Part shown: in pieces, positions 1 to 12,272 of the stretch | Layout of the letters: each line of letters begins with the position of its first letter | How positions within the stretch are numbered: position 1 is the stretch's first letter | Assembly (NCBI GenBank): GCA_001724265.1 | Contig: MEDY01000017.1 | Coordinates: 62,001-126,000 of the forward strand | DNA from: Rhizaria sp. SCN 62-66 | Lineage: Eukaryota | Length of the DNA stretch: 64,000 nt | Direction of reading: 5' to 3' | Notes under the pieces: model-generated | Seen by the model: only the letters and a program-made list of their open reading frames with translations | The model's database searches: none | What the model was told of the DNA's origin: nothing | Made by a program: the position numbers and the translations under genes

Positions 1-2990
1 GTGAGAGTCGCGACCGCGTCGGCCTTGGCAGCGGCGGCAGCGGCGGCGGCGGCGGCGCCCGTGAGCGCTCCACGCGCGATCATCACTGGCACGGCCTCCT
101 CGGCGGCGGCGGCGGCGCGGCGCTTGTCGTCAAGCAGCGCCTGCGCCGCGCCGGCCTCGTTCTGCGCGCTGCTGGCGGCGCCGACGGTGCGACGCGCGTT
201 GCCAGTCGCGCTGGCGGCGCTGTTGGAGGCGGACTCATCAGCGGCGCGCTTCTGCTGGCGCGCGGCGGCGGCGCCGTCCTTGTCTTCGCCAAACGCGATC
301 GCGTCGGCGTCGTCGGCGTCGCCGTCACCGTCGCCGTCGTTCATGCTCTCGAGCATGGCCTTTGTCGTGGCGCGCTGCTTATCGGCCGCGCGCTGCATGA
401 ATGCCAGTGCCATCACGCCCTTGACCTTGGAGCCGTCGGCCGCGGTGACCGTGGCTTGCAGAGCGCTGCCCACGGTGGGGCGGCGCGGGGCACGGTCAGA
501 CATCGGCTGCTCACCGTCATCCATCGCATTGCCCTGACTAGCGTCAACGCCATACTCACGCTGGAGGGAAGCGAACCTGCGCTCGTCACGGGCGGCCTCT
601 TCGTCAGAGGAGAGCTCAGAGTCTGCACGGCGGTCACCGTCGGCGGCCGCGGCGTCGGCAGCGGCGTCGTCGTCGTCGCCGTCCTTGGCGCCTAGCTGGG
701 CCATCTTAGCGCGGAGTTCACGGGAAATCGCGATTTGATCCGCGATAGCCTTGCGGGCGATCTTGGCACCGTCAGATGACCGCGCGAGTTGGCGACGCGC
801 CCACTGCGACTTGGTGGCGTGTGCCAGTGTCGCGCGCTCCTTAGCGCGGTTCATCTCCTGCTTCAGACGCTCGATCTCGGCCATCGCGGGGTCGATCTCC
901 TCAAGCTCCTCAATCGAGAGCTGTTTCCGTTCGTTTTCCTTACGACGCAGCTTGCGTGTGCGCTTAGACTTGATCTTAGCGGCCTGCTTAAGTTTCTCCT
1001 CGTGGTAGAACATCACAGCGCGCATGCGGCGCATCTTGGCCTGGCGCTCAAGCGTCTCGTCTTCGGTGATCATGTTCTCCGCCAAGGTCTCACGCTCGCG
1101 GGCACGCATCGCCGTCTCTGACAGGCCGTATGTCTGCATCACAGACTCGAGATCGCGTTCAAGGTCAGACACGGGGTTGAACGACGCCTGCAGCGACGCC
1201 GACGTCGTGAAGCGCTTTTTGGGCTTGGACTGGGAGAAGACGAGACGAGTCGACTCGCGGTTCTTCTGCACCACCGCATCCCAGCGAGAGACCTCCTCCG
1301 CCGTGGCGTCGTGTGCGATCGCGCGCTCGAGGGCCTCCTGTTGCACGTCAGTCAACGGCGCCGCGAGGGTCTTGACTGCGTCGGAGCGGTTGAGCTTGCG
1401 GAGCTGCTTGGCAATGGTCTCGGCAGCGGCAGCAAGCTTTGACCCACTGGCACCGCGGAGATCGTCGTCGTCGGCGTCGGCGTCTTCGTCAAACGCGTCG
1501 TCGTCGTCGTTGTCGTCGTTCATGGCGTCGCCGCGGTCGGCGCGAGTGCGGGTGCGACCGGTGCCCGCGGCTTGGGAGAGAGTGGCGAGCAGAGCAGAGA
1601 CACTGAGCTTGCCACTAGCGGCGGCCTCAGCGTCCTCCTTGCTGGTAGCGCCGGCGCCGGCCTTGCCCTTCTCAGCAGCCTTGGCCTTGGCCTTGTCGCT
1701 GGCAAGCTTCTTACCCGCCTTGGTCGCGGCCGCGGCGGCCACAGCGGCCGCGGACCCGGCTTTCCCGTCGGTGATGTCAACGCCCATGCTCGCAAACAGC
1801 GCCGCGCCGCCATCGTCGTCGTCGCTGTCGCCGCCGCCGAGCCCGTCGTCAAAGGTCTTGACCGCGGCTGGCTTCATGGCGGGCACGGTGCCAAGCGCGT
1901 CTTCCTCGAGGAACTCACCGCGCTGCGCGCTGAGGGACACGAGCTCGCCGGCACGGCGGCCGACCCCGTGAAGCTTCTCCTGCTTGAGCGCCTCGACCTT
2001 CTTGTCCTGGGCTTCGAGGCCGGCGAGCATGGAGAGGAACTCGGACTGGGTCTTGCGCTGGGCGGCCGAGAGAGCGGACTGGTCGGTGGTGCCGTCAGCG
2101 GTGGCCAGGAGCAAGTCGAGGTCAGGCACCTCCGTGTCACTGTCACTGCCTTCGTCGTCAGCCTCAGCCTCATCCTCATCCTCATCCTCATCCCCATCCT
2201 CATCCTCGTCGTATTCGGCGTCCTCGTCCTCATCGTCAGCGTCAGAGTCGGCGTCCGCGTCGGCGTCAGCGGCGGAATCGTCCTCGTCGTCAGCCTCAGA
2301 GTCAGCCTCCGAGTCGGAGACCTCGGACTCAGAGGGAGTGGGGAGCTTCTTTGCAGCAGCCTTCTTGGCAGGGGCAACGGCAGCAGCGGCGGCCTTGGCG
2401 TCAGCAGCCCTCTTGGCGGCAGAAGCAGCGTCCTTTTTAGAAGCAGGCTTAGCAGCAGCAGGCTTCTTGGCGTCCTCATCATCGGACTCGATCATCTGGT
2501 CCAGATCCATGGTCGGGATGTCCTCATCAGAGTACTCGATGTTACCATCACTGTCTTCAATGCGGCCGTCGTCGCTGCTGTCTTCGTTCAACGACAGCGC
2601 AGCGGCGCCCTTGCCGTTCTTGGAGCTCTTGCCGGCCTTGGGGGCAGTCTTGGCGGCCTTGGCCTTGGCCTTCTGTTTTGCGCTCTGAGGCTTGCTCGCG
2701 AAGAGCTCGCCGAAGAGACGCTCGTCCTCAGAGTTGAACGCTTCGTCGTCGTCGATGTCTTCGTCGACGAACCCACGCGGGAGCTTCTTCTTGCCAGAAC
2801 CGCCGCCGTTGCCGTCGACGTTGTCATCGTCGTCGCCGTCGCTGTCGATGAAGTCGTCGCCCTTAGCCTTGGCGGGCTTCTTGGTCTTCGAAGCAGCGGC
2901 GGCGAGTTTGCTGTTGTCGGGCTGCTTGCCGGAGCCCTTGGCCTTCCTCGCCTCAAGACGCGCCTGGCGGCGGCCGCTGCGCAGAGACAT
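1..2990 (-). CDS. UTP14: U3 snoRNA-associated protein 14 (SSU processome), 3' end runs off the window
   Basis: ATG at 2990 (MSLRSGRRQARLEARKA). The frame stays open to base 1, so the ORF track omits it. Manual translation gives RMRAVMFYHEEKLKQAAKIKSKRTRKLRRKE and RAKERATLAHATKSQWARR, both typical Utp14 motifs, plus acidic and Lys-rich tracts. Confidence 0.88.
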   Translation of the reverse strand, partial: MSLRSGRRQARLEARKAKGSGKQPDNSKLAAAASKTKKPAKAKGDDFIDSDGDDDDNVDGNGGGSGKKKLPRGFVDEDIDDDEAFNSEDERLFGELFASKPQSAKQKAKAKAAKTAPKAGKSSKNGKGAAALSLNEDSSDDGRIEDSDGNIEYSDEDIPTMDLDQMIESDDEDAKKPAAAKPASKKDAASAAKRAADAKAAAAAVAPAKKAAAKKLPTPSESEVSDSEADSEADDEDDSAADADADADSDADDEDEDAEYDEDEDGDEDEDEDEAEADDEGSDSDTEVPDLDLLLATADGTTDQSALSAAQRKTQSEFLSMLAGLEAQDKKVEALKQEKLHGVGRRAGELVSLSAQRGEFLEEDALGTVPAMKPAAVKTFDDGLGGGDSDDDDGGAALFASMGVDITDGKAGSAAAVAAAAATKAGKKLASDKAKAKAAEKGKAGAGATSKEDAEAAASGKLSVSALLATLSQAAGTGRTRTRADRGDAMNDDNDDDDAFDEDADADDDDLRGASGSKLAAAAETIAKQLRKLNRSDAVKTLAAPLTDVQQEALERAIAHDATAEEVSRWDAVVQKNRESTRLVFSQSKPKKRFTTSASLQASFNPVSDLERDLESVMQTYGLSETAMRARERETLAENMITEDETLERQAKMRRMRAVMFYHEEKLKQAAKIKSKRTRKLRRKENERKQLSIEELEEIDPAMAEIERLKQEMNRAKERATLAHATKSQWARRQLARSSDGAKIARKAIADQIAISRELRAKMAQLGAKDGDDDDAAADAAAADGDRRADSELSSDEEAARDERRFASLQREYGVDASQGNAMDDGEQPMSDRAPRRPTVGSALQATVTAADGSKVKGVMALAFMQRAADKQRATTKAMLESMNDGDGDGDADDADAIAFGEDKDGAAAARQQKRAADESASNSAASATGNARRTVGAASSAQNEAGAAQALLDDKRRAAAAAEEAVPVMIARGALTGAAAAAAAAAAKADAVATL

Positions 2991-3460
2991 TACACTGACT
3001 GGGGGAAACCGCGAGGGCGCGAGTAGTGTAACGCGGGGGCTCTATACGAGGCGCGCGGACAAGCACAAGTGAAGGGAAAGAGACGGGCGAGAGGGATTAG
3101 AGGGACGTCTTGGAAGGGGTAAATAGAAGGCAGTAAGAAAACAATAAACGATATAACTACAAAGACGTGCATTGTATCTTGTAAATTGTCTTAAATCGTT
3201 ATATAACGATGTGGTGTCGTGCTTGAGCGCTTCTGCGCAGCACCAAGCCGAGGTCTTCTTTTACGGGCGGACTGCGGCTACTTTTTCGCGAACCGCAAAC
3301 GTGACAGTCTGCAAGTCCGTCCTCTCAACAATTCTGACAGCCACGCTCTATACCCGAACTCGATGCATGCATAATTTATGCCATATCAATTTTGACTTCA
3401 TGTGTTTTCCACAATGCTAACAATTCGTTGCTTGACGGACCCCCTGATGATTTCCAGTCC
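2991..3460. promoter_or_regulatory. Probable bidirectional promoter region (UTP14 / mitochondrion-targeted protein)
   Basis: 470 bp AT-rich spacer between divergent start codons. Inferred from position only. Confidence 0.45.
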
Positions 3461-4798
3461 ATGCTTGCGCGACTCCAGAAGAGCTCCGCGCTGCTCCCGC
3501 GGCTCCTCCCCACGGTGGCACCAAGCCTCGCCGTGTCTTCCCTAGCTCTGACTGCTGCACCCATGCCAGCGCCATCTTTCTCTGGACTCCTGACTGGCGC
3601 CCGCGTGTTCTACACCAACAGCAGCTCGTCCGGCAGCAACTACGGCAACGGCAACACCAGCAGTGGTAGCAGCAACGGGCCTCGTCGTCCCAACGCTGGT
3701 CCCGGCGGCGGCCCCCGCCGTCCCCTCGGCGCCAGCCGCATGCCCCAGCCCGTCTCCCGACACCCCAGTCAGCAGCACCACGGCGGCGGCGGCGGCGGCT
3801 ATCAGCAGCAACAGCAGCAGCGCGGTTCGTCTGCGTCTCAGTCTGCGTCGTTCCCCGGAGTCGGCAGCCGCGAGCCCCCGCGGCCTTCCGCCGCCGGCGG
3901 CCGCTCTGGCGGCGTGGCGAACCCGCAGCTCGTGGAGCGCGACTACCGCGAGATGGGCCTGGACCTCACCCAATCTCTCCCTGCGAAGAAAGAGCTCGAC
4001 ATCGCGGCGCTGTTCGCGCGGTCTCGGCTGCACTCGTCGTTCGAGGCTCCTCCCGCGGAGGAGTCTTTCTTCGCGGACATGTCGGCGCACCGGCCGCTGT
4101 ACTTCGGTGGCACGCGTCGCTTGTTGGAACCCTCTGGCCGGCTGATCTCGTCGCACGCGATCTACATGGTGCGCACAGTGGACCCTGGTATCCTGGCGAT
4201 GGTTGACACGCTCACCACGCTCGACTACCAGACGAGCCAGGCGACGCAGCAGGTCACCACAGCGATTGTTGCCGCCGACGCGGACCGCGCTCACGTCGTC
4301 GATGTCAACGAAGAGACGGGGAAGATTAACTCCCGCACGATGATCCGGCTTAAGGGTGAGCCGTGGAAGTGGACCTCGGCCGTTTCCCTCAGTCAGATCG
4401 ACCGGGCCGCGATGGACGAGGCGGAGCAGCCCGCGGCCGATGCGGATCCGGAGGATTTGACCGTGGGGTCCGTCGTCGTCGCACGTTTCCGCTTCGGGAA
4501 GGCAAACCTGCTCGCGGAGAAGTTCCTGCTTGCGAACGGCGAGAAAGTGATGGGGATTGTCGATGACTTGAAGCTGATCAACGAGGCGACGTACGACGCC
4601 AAGGTGCGGGAGATGTTTGAGGCGAACCTGACTGAGGAGCAGCGCATGCAGCTTGAATTTGAGCGCAACTTTGATGAGAATATGACTCCGGAACAGATTG
4701 AGGAGAAGCTGCATGAGATGGGCATGACGGCGCCGGAGCACGAGCAGCGCGGGCCGAAGAAGCAGACCTGGGCACCGCGCAAGAATAAGGTGCTGTGA
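3461..4798 (+). CDS. Hypothetical protein with a probable mitochondrial targeting peptide
   Basis: First ATG at 3461 in ORF 3392..4798. The N-terminus MLARLQKSSALLPRLLPTVAPSLAVSSL is R/L/S-rich and lacks acidic residues. The C-terminal half looks globular. Ends TGA before an AT-rich spacer. Confidence 0.7.
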   Translation: MLARLQKSSALLPRLLPTVAPSLAVSSLALTAAPMPAPSFSGLLTGARVFYTNSSSSGSNYGNGNTSSGSSNGPRRPNAGPGGGPRRPLGASRMPQPVSRHPSQQHHGGGGGGYQQQQQQRGSSASQSASFPGVGSREPPRPSAAGGRSGGVANPQLVERDYREMGLDLTQSLPAKKELDIAALFARSRLHSSFEAPPAEESFFADMSAHRPLYFGGTRRLLEPSGRLISSHAIYMVRTVDPGILAMVDTLTTLDYQTSQATQQVTTAIVAADADRAHVVDVNEETGKINSRTMIRLKGEPWKWTSAVSLSQIDRAAMDEAEQPAADADPEDLTVGSVVVARFRFGKANLLAEKFLLANGEKVMGIVDDLKLINEATYDAKVREMFEANLTEEQRMQLEFERNFDENMTPEQIEEKLHEMGMTAPEHEQRGPKKQTWAPRKNKVL

Positions 4799-5516
4799 AG
4801 TGTGTGCGTGTGTGTGAAAAGAATGTTAGCAAACTTTTGTTAGCAAAGTTCGAACGAGAACCACAGCTTCAGCTGCAGCTTAGTTGTATTTATGCCGGCA
4901 TGGTCGAAGGCCGGAACAATAATAACATGATAGGGCCATATGCTCCCCTGATACAGAGTTAATACATACGTTTTATAGCCATATGTCTCAATTTCAAGTC
5001 ATACATGCATGGTTTGTTCACTCGCATCGCTTTGCTCACGGTCACGGTCAGCGTTGAGGCCCTTCCGCGGGTCACAAGTGCAAACTGACCTTTGACGGAT
5101 CAGTGCGGCGTACAACGACCAGCTGTGCGTTTAATATGCTGGGTCGTTAATTTTTTATGTGCCTTGCAAATTTTCTTCTGGTTTCTATTTCTTAATCTCT
5201 TCTATGCACCGAGAACAGTTTGGGATTCGGCCGACACCCGCATCATCGGGGCTTGGTCCCTGACCGCCTTGCATGTTCGTCTCTGCACAGCCTCTCACAT
5301 TCCAGGTGTTTGATTATTGAATTTATTTCCGTGCAGTTTGTGGTATCGGCGTTCCCGATTTTTCTTGCTTATTTCACACAGACTTGATTTGATCGCGCAT
5401 CAGGCCTGACAACCCAGCTTGGGCTCACCATCGCGCTCCGTGCTGCCTCGCTGCCTTTGCTCTGAGCTGCGCGCGCCGCCCCACCCGGCGTCGTTCTGAC
5501 GACCACATCCGTCGTT

Positions 5517-8500
5517 ATGTCCGACTCTGCCCACGCGGTCCCCGCGACCGCCACGGCAGCTGTTGCCGCGAAACCGCTGACAGCGCGCTCGCTCTCGTTC
5601 TCCCCCTCTGAGTCTGCCACCTCCGCCTCTGCAGCTGCCCACCACCCAGCTGCCGCGCCCTCGAACGCCGCGGTCGAGATCAAAGTCGGTCCGATGCTTG
5701 AGTCCGTTGCGGCGTCCCTCCCCGTTGCATACGTCCCGTTCCTGCCCGACTGGAAGGTGCTCAAAAAGGTCGTGAAAAAGCACGCGACCCGCTCGTCGTA
5801 CTCTGTGGCGCTCGAACACATCAATGCCGCGCTGCGCACCGCGGCCTCGTTCGCCGTGTTTGAGTTCCCGCGCATTACGGCCGCCGTCACGCTCGCCACG
5901 GGGCCCGCGCCGCCCTCGCAGGCTGATTTACAGGCTATTTGCGAGCCCGCGCTCATCTCACATGAACGCGCATTAGAGGCTCTCACATCCGCCGCTGCCG
6001 CCGCCGCTGCCTCCGCTGCCGCTGCCGCCGCCACCGCTGCTTCGGCCTCTGCTACTGTGAGCGCGGACTCAACCGTGCTGTCGCAGAGCTCGTCCCAGCT
6101 GCCCGCAGCCAGCACGGCGGCCGCCCCCAGTAGCGGCACGCTCTCGCTTGCAGTGCCAGGCTCCGGCTCCCCGACCTCATCGCTGCACGCCGCCACCGCC
6201 GCGGGTGCCGCCGCTGCTGCTGCTGAGCCCATGGGCGCGGTTAACAGCAGTCGCAGCGGCAGCGACGCGAACACGCCCCCACTCTCCCGCCCCGCTTCTT
6301 CCCCTTCCCCCGCCACCGCCACCACCGCCAACAACAACAACAACAACAACAATGGTCTTGCGCGGGTACACACGCCCCCGCGTGTCGCTGCCACCGGCAC
6401 CGGCACCGGCGCTGGCGCGGGCGCGTCTGCGGTTTCCGCGGCTGCCGCGTCGCCCCTGCTTTCGCTGTCCACCCCGGCTCTGGCCGCCCTCGTCGACGCC
6501 AGCGTCGGCGCTCACTCGCGCTGCCTCGCCTTCGCCTCGCTCCTCACCGCGACCACGGTCTCGCTCTCCCGCGCGCTGGCCCAGCTCGGACACGGGCTGG
6601 CCGCGGAGGGCGACGCGGCGGAGGCGGATGCGTTGGTGCGGGCGGGGTGGGACGCGCTGCCGGCCGCGGCCGACCTCGAGGCCGCCGTTGCCTCTCTCCA
6701 GCAGCAGCAGCAGCAGCAGCAAAAGGGTGGGAGGAGCACGCCTGGAGGCACGCACGCTGTCCGCGTCGGGTCTTTGCCGCCCACACCGCTGCCTCCCGCT
6801 CGCTCACAGTCTCAGCCGTACTCGCGCTCGCACGCGCAGCCTCTGACTGGCGAAGAGGACGACTCCACAGCTTCTGCTGTGACCAATCCGACCGCGGCTG
6901 CGCCCGTGACCGCGATGACCGACGCTGACCACCAGAGGCACCGCGACCCTTTCTCCCGCTTGCACACTCTCCTCGCGCCGCACGCGCGCGCTGCCCTGCG
7001 CTGCGCTGATTTGCACCGGCTCGAACTGCAGTTTCGCTCCAGCCGGTCTGCTGCCGCCGCCGCTGGGCCAGCGCCTTTGCTTCCGCCCTCCGCCGCCTCC
7101 TCTGCCGCCGCCGCCGCTTCCGCCGCCTCTGCTTCTAATAGTGGCGCCAGCGCCAATGGTGCGACTGCAGGGGGGACGCCGGTGTCCGGCACCACGTCGC
7201 CGTCGTCGCTGTCAGCCGGCGGCGACCGGGACTCCCCTGGCCATGCTCTAGCGAGCAACAGCGCCCGCGGCGGCAGCGCTGGCACGGGCACTGGCACAGA
7301 GTCTCCCTCCGCCGCCGCCGCTGCCGTCGTCCGCGGGCCGAGTCAGGGCCCCGCACCGGTGACGACGCTGTCGGTGCTGCGGCTGTCTAACGCCGCCGCC
7401 GCGGTGGACCGCACACACCGCGAGATGGAGCTCACGGCGGCCGCGGTGGAGGCAGCGCTCCTGTGTTCGCCCGTCCTCCCGCTCCCGGGCGCCAATACTG
7501 CTGTTGGCGCTGTCGTGACGCCGGGGAGCCTCGTCAACAACGGCGGGGGGCTCAACAGCGACGGCGCGGGTTTCAACGCTGCCTTGACGCCGCACACTGG
7601 CGCCGCGACTACGACTGCGCCTCAGGGCGCGGGCGATGTGTCGGAAGACAGTGCCGGGGAGAGCAGCGACGGCGGTGGCGATAGTGACGGCGGGGACAAG
7701 GCGGGGAAGAAAGGGAAGAAAAAGGAAAAGAAAAAGGAAAAGAAAGCCGCCAAGAAGGCCGCTAAAGCCGCCGCCGCCGCTGCTGCCGCTGCTGCCGCCG
7801 CTACCGCTGCTGCTGGTGCGGGTGTAAGCGGTAGAGCGGATGTTGCTGTGGACGTTGATCGTGACGGTGTGGGTACCAGAGACCGTGTTGCACACAGCTT
7901 CTCGGAGACCGAGTCCTCGATCACCACCGCCGCTGACTCACTCTCCTCAGATTCTTCCTATGCTGCTGCTGCGGCGGCGGCGGCGGGGGCATCGGCGTCG
8001 ATGGCCACCCTGGTGTCGCCTGCAGAGTCGTTCGCGTCCCCTGCCCCCGCCTCGTTACTATCGGCCTCCGCCGCGACCACCGCGGCGGCCCCCGTTGCCA
8101 CGGACGGCACTGGCACTGGCAGCGACGGCGACATTGCTGTTGCTGCTGCTGATGTCGATGCCGATGCCGATGGTGACGTGAGTGAGGCTGAGGAGACTCC
8201 GGAGGAGCGGGCCGCACGCAAAGCCGCTAAACAGGCGAAGAAGGCAGCCAAGCAAGCTGCGAAGGAGGCTGAGAAGGCTGAGAAGAAGAAGGCCAAGGCT
8301 GCCGCCGCCGCCGCCGCAGCCGCCGCTGCCAATGCGACTGCAACTGAAGAGGAGGAAAGTCCTGCAAGCGGCGAACTGACTGGCGCTGAGACCGAGGCTG
8401 CGAACGTCGCCGCTGTCGCTGCTGCCGCTGCTGTGGCTTCAGTTCTAGGCGACTCTTTGACTCGCACCGCTGGCACCGCTGCTTCTCTGCCTGCTGGTGC

Positions 8501-11316
8501 TGCTTCGGCCGGACAGGAAGAGAGTGAGGATGAGGTTGACGGCGGGGGTGACGACGATGGTAAGAAGAAGAAGAAAAAGAACAAGGACAAGAAGGACAAA
8601 GAGAAGAAAAAGGACAAGAAGAAGAACAAAGACAAGGACCGTGACAGCAGCAGCGACGACGACTCTGCGTCACAAACTTCCTCCGATTCCGTCGCTGATG
8701 CTACCGCTGTCAGTGGCCGTCGTGGTGATGCAGTATCTGGCGCCCCGTTGTCTGCGCCCAGTGTCTCCGGTCCCGTTCGTCCAGCGCGTCTTCAATCCAC
8801 CGCCTCGAATGCGGCGAATAATGTGGTGACTGACGAGCGCGCGCCTCTGCTGCGTGGGTCCGCGTCCTCTCTCTCGCTGTCACGCCGTGTGCCCGCGGCG
8901 AACGGCGGTGTCGGCGCCGGCGCAGGCGGTGGCTACGGGAGCAGCAGTCCTGACGACAGCGCGCTACATGACTCGCACGACCACCTCCACGACCTCCACC
9001 ATCACGACGACGACGATGACGACGGTGGGCTCGCGGCACACAGGCTCGGTTTGACTGGCGGTGCGGTGGTAGCGTCGCGTTCAGCCCGCGCCTCGCCGCT
9101 GCTTGCGCCCGGCAGCAACCGCGCCCGCCACGGGCCCGGCGTTCCCATGGCCTCCTCCACCGTTTCAGCCTACGCAGGCAGTGCGGCGCGCGCGGCGCTG
9201 GCGGGCACCAACGCGTGCGCCGCCGCGGCCGCGGGCCCCACGCGCTCGCTGGCGGCGATGACGTCCGCGGCCGTGACGTCCTCCTACGCGCGCGTGCGCA
9301 GTCTGCTGTCCGGCCCGCGGCTGTGGTTCCTGGTGCCGAATCTCGAGCACATGGCGCTGCAGACTGGGACGTCGTTCTCCGACCTGGCGTCGCGCGAGTC
9401 GGATATCGTCTTCGCTCTGTCCTCCTACGCCTCGCCGCTGACTCTCCTGGTCGCACAGGCCGCGGCGTTCCTCTGCGCTCTCAACGTCTTCGCTCTCCTC
9501 CCGTCCGCGGCGTTCGACGCCGTGGAGCGCGGGGCGGACCCTTTTTTCGGTCCTGTCGCCATCGCGCTGCTCTTCGCCGCGGCCGCGGCGGCGGTGCCTG
9601 CGACGCTCGCGGGCCTCGCGAAGGTCGGATACCGCGCCACGCTGCTCGCCGCGTGCGCTGTGGCGCTGCTGGCCAACGTGCTCTTCGTCGCCACGTCCGC
9701 CTCGGCAGTCACCGCAGCGGCCGAGTTCGAGGCTGACTTACTCACAACCTCCGCCGCCGCCGCTGCTGCGCCGCCTGTTGTGGAGCCGTCTGCAATGGCG
9801 CTGCCGCTTATGCTCACCGCGCTCGCTCTGCTAGGCCTGGCCTCCGGCGCGCTGCCACTGCTAGCGCACCGGTTGACCGTCGACCACCTACCGATCCACA
9901 CGCGCGGTGGCAAGGCTGTAGCGCTACAGCTGCTGCGGCGCGTGGCGCTGGCTGCGGCGCCCGTGCTGCTGGCCGTGCTGCTCATCACGCAGTGGGGCGT
10001 TGCGGGCGCGGGCGTCGAGGGCGCCATCACGCCTGCGGTCGCGCTGCCCGCCGCCGCCGCCGCCGCTACTGCGTCGCTCGCTGCGGGCGGAGCCGCGACG
10101 GTCGGCTCGGCGGTCACCAGTGTGGGCAGCGCGGTGCAGGGCGCGGTGTCGGGGCTGGAGCACGCGCTCATGCCGCCGCCGCCGGGGCTGACTGCGCCTG
10201 CTGCCGCTGCTGCTGCGCCTGCTGTCGATGCGGCGGCGGCGACGGTGACGGCTGCGGCGGTACTGACCGGCTCTGGCCCCGTGGCCGCAGCTTCTGTGGC
10301 GACGACGGCCGCGCCGGTGATGCTGGGCGGCGGCGGCGCGCTGAGCTGCGCGCTCATGGCGTTGCTGTGGCTGATTCTGCTGCTGGTGAGCGCATTTGCG
10401 TTCACGGAGCCCCCCGAGCAGGCGACTGGCGCTGAGGCCGCGCGGCTGCTGCTGTTGCCGGGCGCGGGGTCGCTCGGCGGCCGCGGCGGCGCCAGTGACG
10501 ACGGCGACAGCGGCGACGATAAGAAGGGCAAGAAGAAGCTTAAGAAGAAGAAGGAGAAGGAAGAGAAGAAGAAGCGCAAGCAAGAGGAGAAGCGCCGCCA
10601 GCAGCTCGAGCTTGAGCAACAACAACAACAGCAGCATGCGGCCAAGAGCGGCAAGGGTAAGGCTGATGCGGTGGATGCTTATGACGCGGACGCGGACCGT
10701 GACATTGAGGCCGGTTTGCCGTCGCGCACCGCCACCAGCACCACCGCCGCGCCCGCAGGCCACTCGAGCGACAGTGACAGCGACGACGACAATGATCACA
10801 ACACTCCTCTCGCGGTCGCCGGCTGTGCCGTCGAAGGACGGAACCAGGCAGGCGGCGAGCGGCGCCGCAGCAGCGCTAGCGGCAGCGGCAACACCGCTGC
10901 CACCGCGCCCGCTGCCATCACCACCACTGCGGCCGCGAACGGCAACGGCAATGGTGCGCACGGTGGGGGCGGCCGCGCCGGCACGCCTGTCGTGGGCGTC
11001 GATTCCCCGCTGGCGCCTCACGGACTCCCCAGTCTGCTCTACGGGGTGCGCGCGGCCGACATGCCGCTGTCGATCGCGCCCACGGGCTCCGTCGCCGGCG
11101 ACATTGCCCACGGCGGCGGTCGCTACGGTGCGTTGTCTGCCGCGTCATCGCACCAGTCATCGGCGCACTCGTCTGCGCATTCGTCGACGCACCCCGCGGC
11201 GGCCACGGCGGCGGCGGCGAGCGGCACCGTGCTGCTGTTGGGCAAGGACAGCAACTCGAACGCGCCGACGCACGCGCCCGGCGCGCCGCTGCTCATGTCC
11301 AGCGCTGTCATCACCG

Positions 11317-11376
<60 letters not shown>

Positions 11377-12272
11377 GCAGCGCGAGCGGTGCGGCGGCGG
11401 ACGCGGAGACCGCGCTGGGAACGGCGTACCTCGAGTTCCGTCCCGCCGCGCCGCTCCCGCCGCTGCCGCAGACACAGACGGCGGCGGCGCTGGCGACCGT
11501 GTTGCTGGGCCTCACACTGGGGTCCGCGGCGCTGACGCTGACGCTGCTGTCGGTGCCCGTGCTCGCCGTCGTGCACTTCGGCTGGACGCTGGTGGTCTCG
11601 GCGGGCGTGCTGGCACTGCTGGCCGTGGTGCAACTGCCGCAACCGTCGCTGCTCGCGTGGGCCGTCACCTCGGGCCGTCTATCGGACACGGCGGCGTTCC
11701 TCCTCGCGCAGCTCACGCTCGCGGGCGCGGCCGCCGTGCTCGCGCTGGCGCCCTTCGGCACGGCCGTCCCGCTCGCGCTCTACTCCGACGCCGCGGCCGC
11801 CGCGGGGCAGACAGTCGACGCGGGCGACCTTCTGACGCTCACACCGGACTTCGGCATTGGCCCGATCGTGTTCGTCAGCGCCGCGGCCGTGCTCGTCGGC
11901 GCGGCGGCCGTGCTGCGGGCCGTGGCGCGCACGTTCCTGGCGCAGCGCGATCACCCCGCGACGGCGGGCACGTGGCGCCGCGCGGATGTGATGTCCGCCG
12001 TGTTCACCTCGCTGGGCGCTGTTGTGGGCGCCTCCATTGCGGCGGCTGTCATGGCCAGCATCGAGGTGCCGTGGTCAGCGCTGGGCGTGATGAACGGCAA
12101 TCCTGCGGCGATCGTCGCTGCGGCGGGCTCGGATGTCGGCCCCGCGTGGCTGCTGCTCGCGACGTTCGCGCCGCTGCTTGCGCTCTCGGTGGTTATGCTG
12201 CTTGTCTCGCTTGTCACGCATGAGAAGCTTGCGACGCCGCCTGTGCACTCGATCATCCCGCACCAGCATTAA
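5517..12272 (+). CDS. SPX-MFS (PHT5/VPT-like) phosphate transporter-like protein with a degenerate SPX domain and large low-complexity insertions
   Basis: IKVGPMLE...VPFLPDWKVLKKVVKK resembles the SPX start (MKFGK...Y/F-xxYKxLKKxIK). Two bundles of hydrophobic helices follow. AFLCALNVFALLPSA, GYRATLL...LLANVLF and LAHRLTVDHLPIHTR resemble SPX-MFS transmembrane motifs. Ends TAA. Confidence 0.7.
11316..11372 (+). repeat. (GGC)n coding microsatellite, about 19 Gly
   Basis: GGC trinucleotide run with one GGT interruption, inside the SPX-MFS ORF. Confidence 0.9.

Noticed and set aside
1-3072. Long plus-strand ORFs (1..537, 1024..1971, 1572..3026 and others)
   Set aside because: These are antisense shadows of the minus-strand UTP14 frame. 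GC-rich biased codon usage suppresses stops on the opposite strand, and none has a recognisable domain.
3461-4798. Assignment as a specific mitochondrial ribosomal protein
   Set aside because: Only vague resemblance, with no motif I can identify with confidence.
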